Assembly (NCBI GenBank): GCA_027604505.1
Contig: JADIIX010000099.1
Location: 1 to 64,000, forward strand
DNA from: Gonapodya sp. JEL0774
Taxonomy: Eukaryota
DNA: 64,000 bases
Direction of reading: 5' to 3'
Below, piece by piece: positions 42,569 to 55,930 of the stretch (the first letter of the stretch is position 1; every line of letters begins with the position of its first letter). A program made the position numbers and the translations under genes. The notes beneath the pieces are model-generated. The model had not been told where the DNA came from and made no database searches. It saw only the letters and a program-made list of their open reading frames with translations.

Positions 42569-43905
42569 TTACAAAGAGGCAGATCTTTCATCTCGCTCAG
42601 CTTCCCATTCGACGCGAAGCTTCCGCGAGAACAATTCCCACACCAGTCCGAAAGAAGCGGCCGCCATGGCAGGGTCGTAACGACCCTTGGAAAGCTCGTC
42701 CCGAATGAAAGCATGTTGTACCGAATGCAGCTCCAAGAACGTGTTGGGAATCTGTTGCAAATAATTAGGAGGACGCAATGTCAGAACACTAGCACATCTG
42801 GAACACTACCTTGTGCTTGTGGAGTGCGTTTCGAATGGCCGTTCGTCCTTCGTGCGGGATGTGGTTATCCGAGTGCCCTGTTCATCTGAGCGGTTAGAAA
42901 AATGTTCCGGAGGCACCTCCAGCTGTATCACCCACCAAATACAAGCAGAAGCTCCGCAGTTTTGATATCAGCCATCCTTGCCAAACTGTCATCATTTTTT
43001 CCCTTCCCGAGAGTCCCAGAGTGTATGTCAGTGGGTTCAATCAGTGCTCCACAACGGACACGATGGTCAAAGCAGGCACGATACGCCAGGTGGCCACCAA
43101 TGCAAATGCCTGGTTCAACAGTAAGGTCAGACACGTGCCACAAACAAACAGGCGGTGAGACCTTCTCTGAAACGTGGACGAGCACAAAAGTGGAGCTTCC
43201 AACCAAACCTCGAAACATGGAGAGAAATCCGTCCCCCATTACCTCCAAGGGGGCTGTTTCCCATCAAAGTCAACTCACCGGATACACCAATTGCTCCAGT
43301 ACACTGGGGGTGTGCCGCGATGGCATCGATAACGGCTTTGGCATCACCATCATATGATGAAAGGGGCTGCCAGAGGGGAATGACGAGGTGAGCGAAAGTC
43401 CGTTCAAGGAAAACTGAAACAAAAGCAAACCTTTTCAATTTTGAGAGCGTTGCCTTTTTCGGTGCCGGCATCGTCGTATGTGAGAGGTGTGCCTGATAAA
43501 AGTGATGGTCAATGTCATGAAATCAAGGGGGAAAAGCGGGTGCTCACCTGCAGGAATGAACTCGTGGTATATTTCTGGTGCAGCAACCAGATAGCCCTGC
43601 CCGCACACCAGCCTGCAAAAGCGCTTGATGGGTTCGGTGACTTTTGAATGAGGGATGGTGAATGAACGGAGAGGTATGGATGGCATATGCCGCATAACAT
43701 GAGCGAGAAAAGACAGCTGAATTGCTACCTTTGCATGTTGCAATTCGAATGAACTCTACAAACCTGCGTAAATTTCGCTGTAAACTACAACACCAGCGAA
43801 TCTCCCCTTGCCAGCTTTCCATCCAGGCATAGACGGAGTAAACCAATGAATTCGCATGGAGCCTGATGGCGTGGAGATATCCGTGCTAGATTCGAGGATG
43901 ATCAT
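42569..43905 (-). CDS. Dienelactone hydrolase family protein
   Basis: GVVVYSEIY, GYLVAAPEIYHEF, nucleophile motif GICIGGHLAYR, HAFIRDELSKGRYDP. Confidence 0.9.
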
Positions 43906-44229
43906 TTGGGTTGGTTTGAAAGGGAATAAAATATGAGGGCCGAAAACTTGCACCTAACCGCGTCACACGGCAAGGATGTCCCCCATCTCCTGAGAATACC
44001 CTGAGAATGAAAGAAACTGGGGCACCTTCTCGCGGGAATCTCACGGGTAATCTCGTCATCTGTTTAAAAATTTAAGTCCTCTCCGCCGACATTCATCCGT
44101 AACAACGAGAGAAGTGAGTTGTAATTGCTCATTTATTTGTACAGTATCACTTTCGTTTTGGAAACTTAATGTACAGCTGTCTGGACCTTGGACACCCTGC
44201 CCTCTTCCCACTAACGTATCCAGTTGCAT

Positions 44230-47114
44230 TTACATCCTACCCTCGACCCAGTAGGTCCTCATGACGCCCTTGCCCTTGATGTCCATGACTTCAGGACCAC
44301 TGAAGATAAACTTGTTCAAATCCTTAACAGCAAGGTACGTACTCTCGGTGATGTGGATGCGTCCGGCTTTGGAGGTGGACTCCATTCGCGAGGCTGTGTT
44401 GACTGTGTCGCCGACGATACAATAGTGAGGATTGAGGTCTCCCAGAAGACCAGCAATGACAGGACCTGTAAACAATGAATTTTTGTTTACGAGTTTGTAC
44501 CATTAGGAATTGCAGACAATTGCGTTCCCACCGGTGTTAAGTCCAACCCTGCTCATGATTCTGTCACCCGTCTCCGTCTTAAAGTCCTTGAGCATGTCAA
44601 GAACATCGATTGCGAAATCAACGGCCATCTCCGCATTGCGTGGGTTCTCTTTCGGGCAGCCAGCTACTCCGAGGAACGCGTCTCCAATAGTTTCGACCTT
44701 GTAGATTCCGTACTTCTTGAGAATAACATCATATTGCTTCCAGAGAGAGTCTAGCATTTGCATAGTGCCTTTAGCCTATGTTTAAGAGGAAATTAGTTGT
44801 AGCATTGACAGGTAGTTGTAACAAGTGTAGCACAAACAAGTCACACTCACATCCATTTTCTGTTGAAGTTGAGCGTAGTTGACGATGTCAGAGAAGAATA
44901 CGGTAACTTCCTCGAACTCGCGGGCATCCGTCCCCTCGCCGGCTTTGAGCTGTTTCACAACGCTTCAAGGAGGCACGGAGAACACGAAGGGGTGCGTACA
45001 GGGATCATGAAGATCAATGTTAAACACCGGCTTGAGACACATGACAGCCACTCACTCTTCTGGAATAAGCCGGGTGAGCATTGCGTCGGTCTCGGCGATG
45101 GCGGCGTCGAGCTTGTCCACCATTGCGTTGAGGCTCTCGTTCGCGGCTTCAACGACTTCCATCTTTTCCCTTTGCACGAGCTCCGTAGCGGCATTGAGCA
45201 AAACTAAAGTCTGTTATGAATTGCGTGAACAGGATTGCGACGGCAACATGACAGATATTAGGGACGGGAATGACGGATAACTGTGGAGAATCTACCGAAC
45301 TTACTGTGAGACCTTTCGCAACCATGTCAGAGCTGACATTTCCAAGCTCGTATGTATCAAAGGAGCACAAGTCCAGGAGATAGACTGGGCGAAAACAGGT
45401 GTCAGCGGATAGTGTGAAGAAGAGAAGGACAGAGTAGTGAGAAAATGGACGATGAAACAGAACAAGTCTCAACTACTCACTGAAGTACCACATTGTGAAT
45501 GACCACCAAGAATAGTTGGTCGCGAACCTTAGAAGGTACAGACTTGATTTGTCCACCTTACATTCGGTCTTCCCATTGATAGCGTCAGTATACACCTCCC
45601 ACAGCCTGGCTGTGCAAGGCATAAACGCGGCTTGCGAAATTAACATCCAAATGTCAGCGTACGGCCGCGCCACCCAAACTGCAATGCCTCCCGTGATGTT
45701 CATGATGTAAGACAACACCAAGATTGGTGTGGCCTTGTGTTTGGTCTTGGTTACGCTGAATGCAATACTCGCAAGAATAGGGCAGCAACAAGACCACTCG
45801 AGGAACCGAATCGCGTGCATGGCGGTGCCACGATACACGTCAGGAGCAGCGTAGTCCCAGCGATTGACCATGAAGACGTATGCGCCGCAACCCATAGATT
45901 GGCACTAAGTAATACGAAATTTGTAGGAAAGGACCAGGGAAGGAGAGAATGGCATGTTTGAGAAGGTAAGAAGCAGAAAAAAGAATTGCAATTAACGAGG
46001 GCAAGAGGTCGACGTACTGCCAGGACTGCCCAGGCCAAGAACCTCTTGTTCGGATCCTTCATGGTCATAAGATTAAGAAGAGTAAAGAATATGCACAGAC
46101 TGTATCCCCACTAAAGTTCAAAGGTTTATGAAAGAGAAGATATTAGTCACATCAGAAGACAATCCACAGAGAACCCCGCGCGCCTTCCACCAGCCACCAC
46201 CCGCTTTCAAAGCACTACTTACTATGCAATACGTATCATAAAGGTCTGAGTTGGGGCCTTTCTTGGGGTACGGATTCGTGGGACCATTTTTGTAAGTGTT
46301 GTAACCCATCAAGAGAGCGCCTGTCCACCACACGGTGAGGTTTCCGATCACTATGGCTGGGAATCTTTCTGGGAATGTTGGCCTGTTGTCCAGCACTTTG
46401 GCTTCCAATTTGGTCACAGGCAACTCTGGTCGAAGGAATGCCACGTTCAGCGGCGAAGATTTCAATAGCCCCCCATAGAAAGCCAAAATATTTCTTCGCG
46501 TTACCTTGGAATGTATTCACCGGGTTCACCTGCGGTGGCAGTGACGGCTTTAAAGCGGGTTTCGGCATCGCTGGCTTTGGCGTGACTGGAGCCTGAGCAG
46601 GAGCGGGCGCAAGAACCGAGGCCGGCATTGACTTTGGAGGGGGACTAGTGACACCGTGGCCATCGTCGTGCGAGTCGTGAGCTGGTGCTGACTTGCTGTG
46701 GTCTTCGTGACTGTGACCGTCGTGTGCAGTATTACCTCCGTGAGAAGGTGCACCGACAATATGAGGGTGCGGCACTGGCTGAGATGTACTTGGCTCTGTA
46801 GCAACTTGATGTTGTTGTGGCTGGAATTCCATAGGTGCCGGACCGCGAGATACAGCACTCTTCATTGCAGGGACCCCAGTGAGGCCAGCCGGATACTGTG
46901 CGGGGGCCCCCCAGGACGAGGTAGAGCCAGAATTGTCATGTTGTGGCAAAGGTGGCAGGGGATGGACGGTGAGTGGCGTGAGTCTGTCGATGACAGCATG
47001 ATGGGTGACGAGATGCCCGCAGTCGCCACAATTGATGGCGGTCTCGATGGTTGCGTACTCCGGGCAATCGCACTCCCAGCAAGCACCGCGAAGAACTTTG
47101 TCGTGATCCTTCAT
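44230..47114 (-). CDS. RGC paralog B: rhodopsin-guanylyl cyclase (CyclOp/BeGC1-type)
   Basis: N-terminal Cys/His motif; extra TM0; helix C RFLEWSCCCP; helix G SDMVAKG; coiled-coil linker; GC motifs FFSDIVNY, YKVETIGDA, PHYCIVGDTVNTASRMES, KGKGVMRTYWV. Confidence 0.93.
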
Positions 47115-47680
47115 TTGGATTTGGAGTTATTCAAGATTCTTTTGAGACGATGGATGCTTCGCAGACGAAGATGAAAGTTGATGAAAGGGAGCTGGATAGA
47201 TCAGGTGATCGCAGCACGATTAGCTTGATGTTAAGATAGAGACGGTGATGAAGAGAAGGCGCTCTCGCTTACGAGCATCATCGCCGATTCCACTCATCTG
47301 GAATTTGGGACAGATGCTCGAGTTTGCCATCAACAAAGTGGCAACCGCTCTCGGGAGACATCCCATCAAAGAGGTGGTCATTTGCGCAATCCACTCACCG
47401 TTCGAATCTAATGAAAAGTAGGAAGATGTTGTGGGGGTGAATGATGCAGACCTTCCTTTATGAGCTGGCTGCCTTCTTTCGCCACCAAACCCTGAACCTG
47501 AGCAAATACCTCCGAACTGCTTGACGAGAACTTCCAGGAGAAAAACATTCACGCGCGATCGACATTAAGTTGAGTGAATTCTCTATTTTACATTGACAGG
47601 CTAATAAGATACAATTAAAGGAATCGATTGCCCATTGATCACTTGATATCAACACGCAGTCCACACCACCCTCATAACTT

Positions 47681-50600
47681 TCAGATTCTATCATCGACAA
47701 AATAAGCTAAGGTTGTCACTCCTTTGATTTCTATCGGTTCTGGTCCGCTAAATCTGAACTTCCCCAGATCTTTCACCATGCTGTATGTAGTTTCGTTGAT
47801 GTGGATACGCCCGGGTTTAGAAGTGGCCTCCATACGTGAGGCGACAGTTGCAGTGTCTCCGACAACAGTGTAGTGTGGGTTCGTCTCTCCAAGGATGCCC
47901 GCAGTCACAGGGCCTGTGAAGATTGATTGCGAGAACAAACGTGTACTCAGTGATGGCCATGTGTCGTGTCAAAACAGCAAATGAGTCCTAACCTGTGTTC
48001 AGACCGACCCTAATATTGATAGGCTCACCGGCCTCTGTTCTGAAGTCTTTTATCATTGCCATGATGTCGAGGGAAAATTGGACGGCGCGTTCGGCATGGT
48101 CCGGAGTTTCGGTTGGACATCCAGCTACACCAAAAAAGGCGTCCCCAATGGTTTCAATCTTGTAAATGCCCCACTTCCTCGCAATCGCATCATACTGCTG
48201 CCAGAGGCGTTCAAGCATCTTGATCATATCCTTCGGCTGTCACGTTTCGGATTACAGTTGTTGCATGATACGGTGGCACGGGTAGATGACCAAAATGGAC
48301 AATATTAGGGTGGAAGAACAAATTAATGGAAAGAAGGGCTCACTTCGGTCCGACTGGAGAGAACAGTAAAGCTAGCAATGTCTGAGAAGAACACAGTGAC
48401 AGCCTCGAATTCGCGGGCACCTGTGTCTTGTCCACTCTTGATTTGCTGTATCACGCTATGTGTCGAAGCCGGAGAGAATTCGATCAGAAACAACGCCAGT
48501 TGTATCGTTACTTCGCTCCCAACCAGTGCTCGCACTGAAAATCAGTCAATCCAATCACGCAATCCCCATGATAAACAGAAATTGACCCTTGTGGTGCGTG
48601 AAGTAAAGTCAACTTACTCTTCTGGGATCAAACGAGCGAGAATGGCGTCCGTCTCTGCAACTTCTGCATCCAACTCCTCCACGAGCGCGTTTAGAGTGTT
48701 GTTAACTTGCTCCACCTTTTCCACAGCGAAAGTCTGAACTTGTTCGATGGACGCGTTGGTGAGAATCAAGGTCTTTGCGACGGAGTAGTATCGAAACAAA
48801 GACTTATCGACAACTGACGAGCAAAACATCAATGAGGTTTCTATAGTTACCAGTATTACTTTGGCAAAAATATCAGCGCCAATCATGCCAGCTTCAAACT
48901 GATCATGAGTCAGAATGCCACCGCAATAGACTGTGGGTAAGAACATCATTTGTTGATACATGAAGAGTTGTATTTGGACGAGATTGTGCATTGCTTACTC
49001 AAATAAGTTGTGGTGAATGTCCACCAAGCGATCATAGTGGTAACGCGAACAATCTTCAGACTCCTTGTTGGAAACCGACATTCGGTTTTCCCATCAATGG
49101 CATCAGTGTACACTATCCATAGGTTGATGATGATGTACATGAACAGTCCCTGCGATACGACAAGGGAGATGTCGGCCCAAGGTCTGGGGAAAATGGCTCC
49201 AAAGAAACCCGTCAAATCCATGAGAAAGTTCGCGAGGCGAACGTACGACACGTTGCGGCGTGTCTTGGTGATAACAAATATGATTTGAATGAGGAGAGGA
49301 CAGCAACACATCCATTCGATGAAGCGAATGGGGTGGTTGAGAGTTCCACGGAATGGATCGACGATTGCAGGGTCGAGCCGGAATATCATGATAATGTACG
49401 ACCCTATCGCCATGCCTAGACACTGTCGTGCAAACCAGGACGTTCACCTCACGTCATCAAAACGGTGTCCAATCGTTATGCTCGAACTTACGAGGAACAG
49501 CGCCAGTGATAGAAATCTCTTTTCGGGAAGCTTAGCTGTCCAATAGCTTATCAGGGCATAAACCATTCCAAAAACACACGCCCACTAAAACGGAACTGTG
49601 AGTCGAGCGCGAGGATTCGGCTAAATCAGCTCCATTTAAGCTTACAATACAAATCCAGTCGTAGGTATCGCAAGTCGGGCCTTTCAGCATGTACTGTCCG
49701 GGGAAGCCGGTCTTCCATCCCATCCAGACGCAAAATGCCGCAGAGATGCACCAATTTGTAACGTAGAAGGCCAAGATAGACGGAAACTGTTCTGGATGCG
49801 GTGGCTTCATTTGGTTGACACTTGCGGATATTGATGTATTCGTTTCGAACACTGCTTTGTTCGGCTTTTGGTGTTTGCTAATTTCATCCGTGTCCTCAAA
49901 GTTTACTTTTGGAGGCTCCATGGTTTTACCTACATAGTCATTTCCATCCGTTTATAAAAAGAAATCATGAGAAGAATCATGCAGAGACGTGGTGCTGAAT
50001 GAAGAACTGACGTTGTCTCATCTCAGACCCCTTGTTACTTTCCATGATTGGCACCAATGCAACGTCTGGTAGGCGGGGGATCGCAGTTTTTGTGATCGTT
50101 GGTGGAGATGGTGCGGTTTCTGGAACGATAGGGATTTGGATACTTGGGACAGAAGTCTGCTGGACTTCGAGCTGAGGTTGTGCTACTGTGATATTGGTTG
50201 CGATGAGCGGCTGAGGTATTGATGCTTTGTTTGGGGCTGGCGCTGGTGGCTGGGGTTCCACAACGATAGATTTATGGAAGGCATTCATTTGCGGTTTGGA
50301 CACTCCAGAACGTATTGGGATTCTCGAAGCCGGCTCTTGAAGCGCAGACGGTCCTCTGCGAAATCGCAGATAATTGAGGGTTGCGGGAATAGAAGGATCG
50401 GGACCGCATCTGCTTATACTCACGAAGGGAATGACACAGGGGCAGGTTGGCCAGCGACCGCGGTTGAAGTTCTGCTATGACGCTCGGCCAAAGCCAGTGG
50501 CGAAAGACGGCTGATGACAGCATGGTGTGTGAGCAAGTGGCCGCAATCCCCACAGTCCAGAAAATTGGTGACATGCGCAAACTCTGGGCAGTCACACTTG

Positions 50601-50713
50601 TCAGAAGAATATTAAATAGAAGCTCATTGGAATCTAGCAGCTCAGTTGGAATGCCAACTTTGAATGAATACCTTCCAGCAGGCTCCTCGCAGATTGCTAT
50701 CGAAATCCTTCAT
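47681..50713 (-). CDS. RGC paralog C: rhodopsin-guanylyl cyclase
   Basis: MKDFDSNLRGACWK|CDCPEF; helix C RFIEWMCCCP; helix G ADIFAKV; FFSDIASFT, YKIETIGDA, PHYTVVGDTATVASRMEA. Confidence 0.93.
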
Positions 50714-51228
50714 TTGAGTTGCTATGAACTGGGGAACGGAATCGGTTGAGAACAGGTCCGGGCGTTGCGCTATTTGCATATAGCAAGCAATCATCCCTTC
50801 TGTGCCGATTGAGCGATCTGTTGCGTCAATGAGTGTGCCTTATCTCCCAGCTCCATGTCGAACACAAACCCAACCACTCATGCATCTAGCACAGGGCTAT
50901 TAGATGCTCAATCCCGACATGATTGCGATCGCAGTCGATCAAACCACACCCATCTTGCTAAACCGTCACAGATTGAAGCATGCAGGCCCAGCAATTTTGA
51001 AGAGATACAAATACTATTGATTGCAAAGGAACCAACCTGATTGTACTCCTCTCCTTTACTAGAGCAGTCAATAATGAAACAAAGAGTCGATGAAGCAGAT
51101 CCAGGAAGCGGAACCTTGCAAATAATGGGGTTGATCATCAGGTGGCTCGTCTTCGCCGACTCAGGGTGGTACTATCGTGGAAGGTCTCACTCGGAAATCT
51201 CCTTCATATTTTATTATGTGCTATTATA

Positions 51229-51310
51229 AGGTGACAAGTATTGTTCCAGGGTGACGAGTACTATGAATATTACAAGGTGACTAGTTCAAGGTGAGGAGTC
51301 AAATATTACA
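51229..51310. repeat. Four short degenerate direct repeats (RGGTGAcNAGT)
   Basis: aggtgacaagt, gggtgacgagt, aggtgactagt, aggtgaggagt between the E1 3' end and the RGC-C promoter. Confidence 0.5.
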
Positions 51311-51493
51311 GCCATGCCGCCAGTTTGGAAGTTTCAAGAGATGCACACTCAGGAAAGAAACGCGCCGGATTCAGGAATTACACCACCAAACAAGATCATA
51401 ATATTCATAGTTCCGGCTCTCAGGTGTCATACATGTACATGAAACTTTATCTTTACGTAACAGAATACAAGCAACACGCGTGTGAGTGACACA

Positions 51494-53118
51494 TCAATCA
51501 TTCTTTTTCTCAGGCTGAGAAAACGGATACCACAAGCTGATGGTCACTAGTCCAACTTCAAATTTGTGGAAGTTAGCATTCATTGAGTCAGAACGGCGAT
51601 TTCAATGTCTGACACTTACTAAGTAGCCACAGTGTCGTGTTGTCCAAGAAGCCACTTTCAGTCCAAACAGTTGGCTCAACTTTCTCAGCAACGTGATCGG
51701 CATTATCCGACAACCACCGGAGTCTGAAACCATCCGTGAATCGAGATCCTGAGGACTTATCAGATGTGCTATGTTTGCTTTGGGTTTCGACCGCTTTGGA
51801 AGATCTATCAGCTCCGCTTAGCTTCAGTCCACGAGGTAAGTTCGCGTTCGCTTGATCCGGGTGTGGGCGGTTCCAACCCTTGCCGATTGCCGACGACCAC
51901 ATCTTGTTCCAGAAACTCTCCCTTTTGGTCTCATCCTCTGTCACATTTTGGATGGTCTCAGAATGTTTAACAGTCGACGGCTCTTGTTTCTTGCTCATGT
52001 CGTCCGATTTAGATTTGAATTTAACAAACGCGTCTTGGAGTTTAGCGAGCCAATCGGATCCCGCGGACTGTTCTGAGACTTTGAAGATCTTTGAGCGTTC
52101 ATTTGGATGAGAGGATGGCACTTCGGTCATCAATGGTTGCTGTGTCGAGGGGACGGACCCTTGAGCATGCTGATAGCGTTGCAACGGTGGAATCTCTTGC
52201 CGAAGCCTATCTGATCTCAGTATAGGCCATGAAGCAGGCTGCGGTGCTTCCATTGACTCCATCGCTGCGTCACGCATGTACTGGTCGTTCACAATGCGAG
52301 ATCCACTCGCGTGATTGCGCATGTAAACGGGTTCCGTCTCAACGTGAGCACTCTGTGGAGACTGCTGTTTAAGATGCCGAAGCTCAGTAGAGAGAAATGA
52401 AATGTCGGCCGCGAGGCTCCTTATATCGGAGTTCCGCTCTTTGCGATTCGTCTCCACAGATCGCTCGAAATTCAAAGCTTCTTGAACGAAGCCTTCGTAG
52501 GCGGAGCCGACGGCTTTCTTCATTTCTATCGTGAGTTCATCAAACAGTGACTTGGTCGCGATGTTCCTGTCATGGATAAACTTTTCGAATGTGTCCAGTT
52601 TGTGTTCGAAAGCCAGCTGCCGCTCAGTTGATGCTGCAGCGAAGGAGCTCAGACCTTTCTCCAAAGCTTCATAGTTGCTTGTCAGCTTGCTCACACCCTT
52701 GAGATCGGTGAATTGTTGATGGATGGAATCAAATTGTGCACGAAGTTCTTTCGATTCACGTCTCAATGCGGATATCTCAGACACCACGTCGTTGCTAGCC
52801 CGCAAATCACCACTTCCGGGGCTTGATCCGAAGCCTTTCAGCAAGTTTAGCAACAGTAAGACAGCTGCAACGCCGATGACGGCGAGCTTCGACAGTCCTT
52901 GGAGATGGATTCATGGATTAGAGTCAGAAGGTTCCCATGATGATGATGCATTCACAAATACCTCGGGATGAGCTCTCTGAGGCTTGAAATACTCCATACT
53001 GAGCACGTTTGGTTGCGTTCGTCTTGGCGAAATCGTCTCTTGAAGATGAGAGGTGTGACATCTCAGATAAGGAAGACAGCGATCCCCCAATACTTCGAGG
53101 AACGGGTGGAGCTTCCAT
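51494..53118 (-). CDS. Paralog E1: uncharacterised TM / coiled-coil / C-terminal TM protein
   Basis: MEAPPVPRSIGGSLSSLSEM; intron; TM LAVIGVAAVLLLLNLL; heptads; W..GFLDNTTLWLL|IGLVTISLWYPFSQPEKKND*. Confidence 0.8.
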
Positions 53119-53595
53119 GTTCTCGCGTCCTCAAAATATAGACGTGATATGTAGATATACAGAAGATTTGTGATTGATCCAGGCAAACCGCGTGATGTCG
53201 AAGGTAACTTGCGATAAGGGAAGGCAGCCATCCCACTCACACTCCTCCACCAACGTGATGAAAGCCAGAGGAATACGTGACTCCACAGCTTGGTATTAAA
53301 TAACCAAAAGAAAGATTCGGGAACATTCATAGTTAGAAAGAGAGCAGACATCGGTTCTCTCAAGTCTTCGTGTTTACGATGTCTGAATGATTGAGCAAAT
53401 GGCTATGAGTAGCTTCAGAAAGTAATAATATGTAATACTAGCTGTCTCCCCTCGGGTGGTTGTTTGCATTGTTTATGTTGCAAGAATCGAGTACTGCCTG
53501 CTTGCAGATGGATGTGGGGCGCGGCCGGCAAATCTTCGCAGTTCTTCTTCAAATAATCTACTTGTCTCTGCTTCAATTCGCTGCTGGAAGTAACG

Positions 53596-55249
53596 ATGGA
53601 CGCTCCGACTATTCCTCGAAGTCTGGGAGGATCGGTTGCCTCCCTCTCTGAAATGTCCTCTTCCCTTCGAGACTACAGACAGTCGCTATTCCGCAAGTCA
53701 GACTCCATGTCAACTCCGATTAGCGATCCATCAAGAAAGGCCAAGGCCCCTAGCCTTCAGTCTGAAGAGCCTTCACCTCTACAGAAGGTCCCTCAAAGCA
53801 ATTTAGATTGGTCTGCGTTCGTACAGGGAATCGTCACCTGGGCCTCAACCGACCCCCAAGGAGCGGTCAAGGTGACCGGCTTCGTTGTCGTCGGGTTCTT
53901 TGCGCTTCTGGGGTTCTTGCAAATGTTCGGACCGAGCTCCGCATTGCCCGACAATGGAGTGGGCTCTGGTGTGGCATTATTGCAGAGGGAAGCCCATGAC
54001 CTCCGGCAACAGGTGGATTCTGTCTATCAGTTATCGGCAGGTTTCAAGGGAATCAGCAAGCTGGCTAGTAATTTTGAAGCATTGGAGAAGGGAGTGGATT
54101 CGTTTGCGGCCGCAACCACAGAGCGACAGAAGTCGATCGAGCAGAAACTCTCCATGTACGAAAAGCTCAGCAGTGACCGCCACAGCATGTCTCAAGCCCG
54201 CTATGATGAACTAAAGAGGGAAGTCAAAAACTTAGCTAGCTCGAACCACGAAACTTTTGTCCAGGAGGTGCTCAGTCTCGAACGATCCGTCGATCAAAAA
54301 TTTCAGGAGCACAGTTCCGCAATAAAGAATATCGCTGCTGACATTTCACTTCTCTCCACCGAACTCCGGAAACGTAAAGATCACCCTTTTCAAAATGCGC
54401 AGTTCGAATCGGAGCCCCCTGAAGTGCGGCACCCATCTCGGGCCTACACTCATCAGGCGCACGACATATTTTTAGGTGATGCAGACGCGGAGCCCGAGGA
54501 GTTTAGACAACAGAATCCAATGTCGCAGAAGCGCAACACTAAAGGGGACACGTTCTCCTCTGAATCAAGAAGTACGCTGGCAATGAATCTAGACTCATCG
54601 GCATGGAATGAAGGTGCCAGTGATTCAGCTCAATCAACACATCACGATCCATGGTCGACATTGGAGAGCACGTTTCCCAAACTGAAACCAACGACTATAC
54701 AAGTATCCCCGGCAACAGATTCCCAGTTTGCGGTCCTTCCAGATCCCCCCGCGAATGCCGATGAACCATATGGGCCAAGCCTATTTAACGTTATCAAGAA
54801 AGGCTTGATCTCATTCTCGAAGCGATTTGATCGTCCTTACATCGATCAAACAATGGCACACGTCGCTGATCGATTAAAACTCAATAAAGTGGAAGCACCT
54901 TCCAAGGTTGACGATTCGCATCAGGCTTCGCACTCTAAGTCTCAGAAGAAGACGCAAACGCCTCCGCTATCAGAGGAACCGTCTGGAACTCGCGTGGTTG
55001 AGGGCATTAAAATACGGGTACTGTCCGAGGAGCGTGAAACCCTTAAAAAGAACGATGAGCCAACTATTTGGTACAAGAATGGGTGGGACAACATGAGCCT
55101 GTGGCTAGTCAGTGAGTGACCACTGAGATTACTGCACCGACTGATGTGAACTGATGTGAATGATAATGTGTCCATCTCTGTTCTAAACAGTTGGGCTGGT
55201 GACCGTCACACTGTGGTATCCGTTCTTGGGTCTCGAGAAGAAGGATTAA
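53596..55249 (+). CDS. Paralog E2: uncharacterised TM / coiled-coil / C-terminal TM protein
   Basis: 507-aa ORF MDAPTIPRSLGGSVASLSEM; TM VTGFVVVGFFALLGFL; heptads; WYKNGWDNMSLWLV|IGLVTVTLWYPFLGLEKKD*. Confidence 0.85.
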
Positions 55250-55930
55250 GCAGGTGATTGTGGGCAATGGTCGCACACAAAGATACGTAGAATGAACTCC
55301 GGAACTGCTGTGGAGATATGAGAGTGTAAATCCCCCTTCTACTTCCAACAATAAATCACAACCAATATCATGTCGCAGCCTCTAGCAAATTCTCGTCAGT
55401 CGGGAAATACGCGCTAAAATAGTTACGTGGGTCATACTTTATCCCAAACACGCACAGCTTCGGCTACGGCTGAACGCAGCCTTTGACAGGGTTGCCCAGG
55501 CTGCCTGCCACACCGACTAGTGTGGTCCCTGCAGGACGAATTTTAAGGCAGTTCAAATATTTCCGGTCTTCCTTCCAAGATTTGTCATCTATAAAGCAAT
55601 ATCACGGCGCTGCACGCGTTAATCAAAGCAGAACATTATCAGGTGGGCCCTCCTGCGTACATGTGGCGGTGAATGGCCGGCGATGGATAACGGTCATCTC
55701 ACGCCGAGAACGCCATCCTGAGCCGGCAACGCGTCGGGTCCCGTTCTTCACTATGACATCGTGTTTAATCACGTCCTCGTGTCTTTGATGCAAATCGTTT
55801 GGGGGTTTCCATCGAACTTTCTGGAGAGGACGATGATGGAATGAAGCGATGGTGATGAAATCGCGTAGTAATCAACTGATGATCATCCCTGCTTCATCAC
55901 CTGTCAGAACCCTTTCACGGAGCTGCGAAA

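Noticed and set aside
40816..43905. HEM3 and the dienelactone hydrolase between RGC-A and RGC-B as members of the light system
   Set aside because: Ordinary housekeeping enzymes; RGCs use retinal, not tetrapyrroles, and there is no sequence evidence of a functional link
44230..47114. RGC-B as a neorhodopsin (NeoR)
   Set aside because: Helix C (EWSCCCP) and helix G (DMVAK) lack the additional carboxylates and the helix-G Glu described for NeoR
50761..50800. Possible RFX X-box-like palindrome upstream of RGC-C
   Set aside because: Poor match to consensus and not shared by the other RGC promoters
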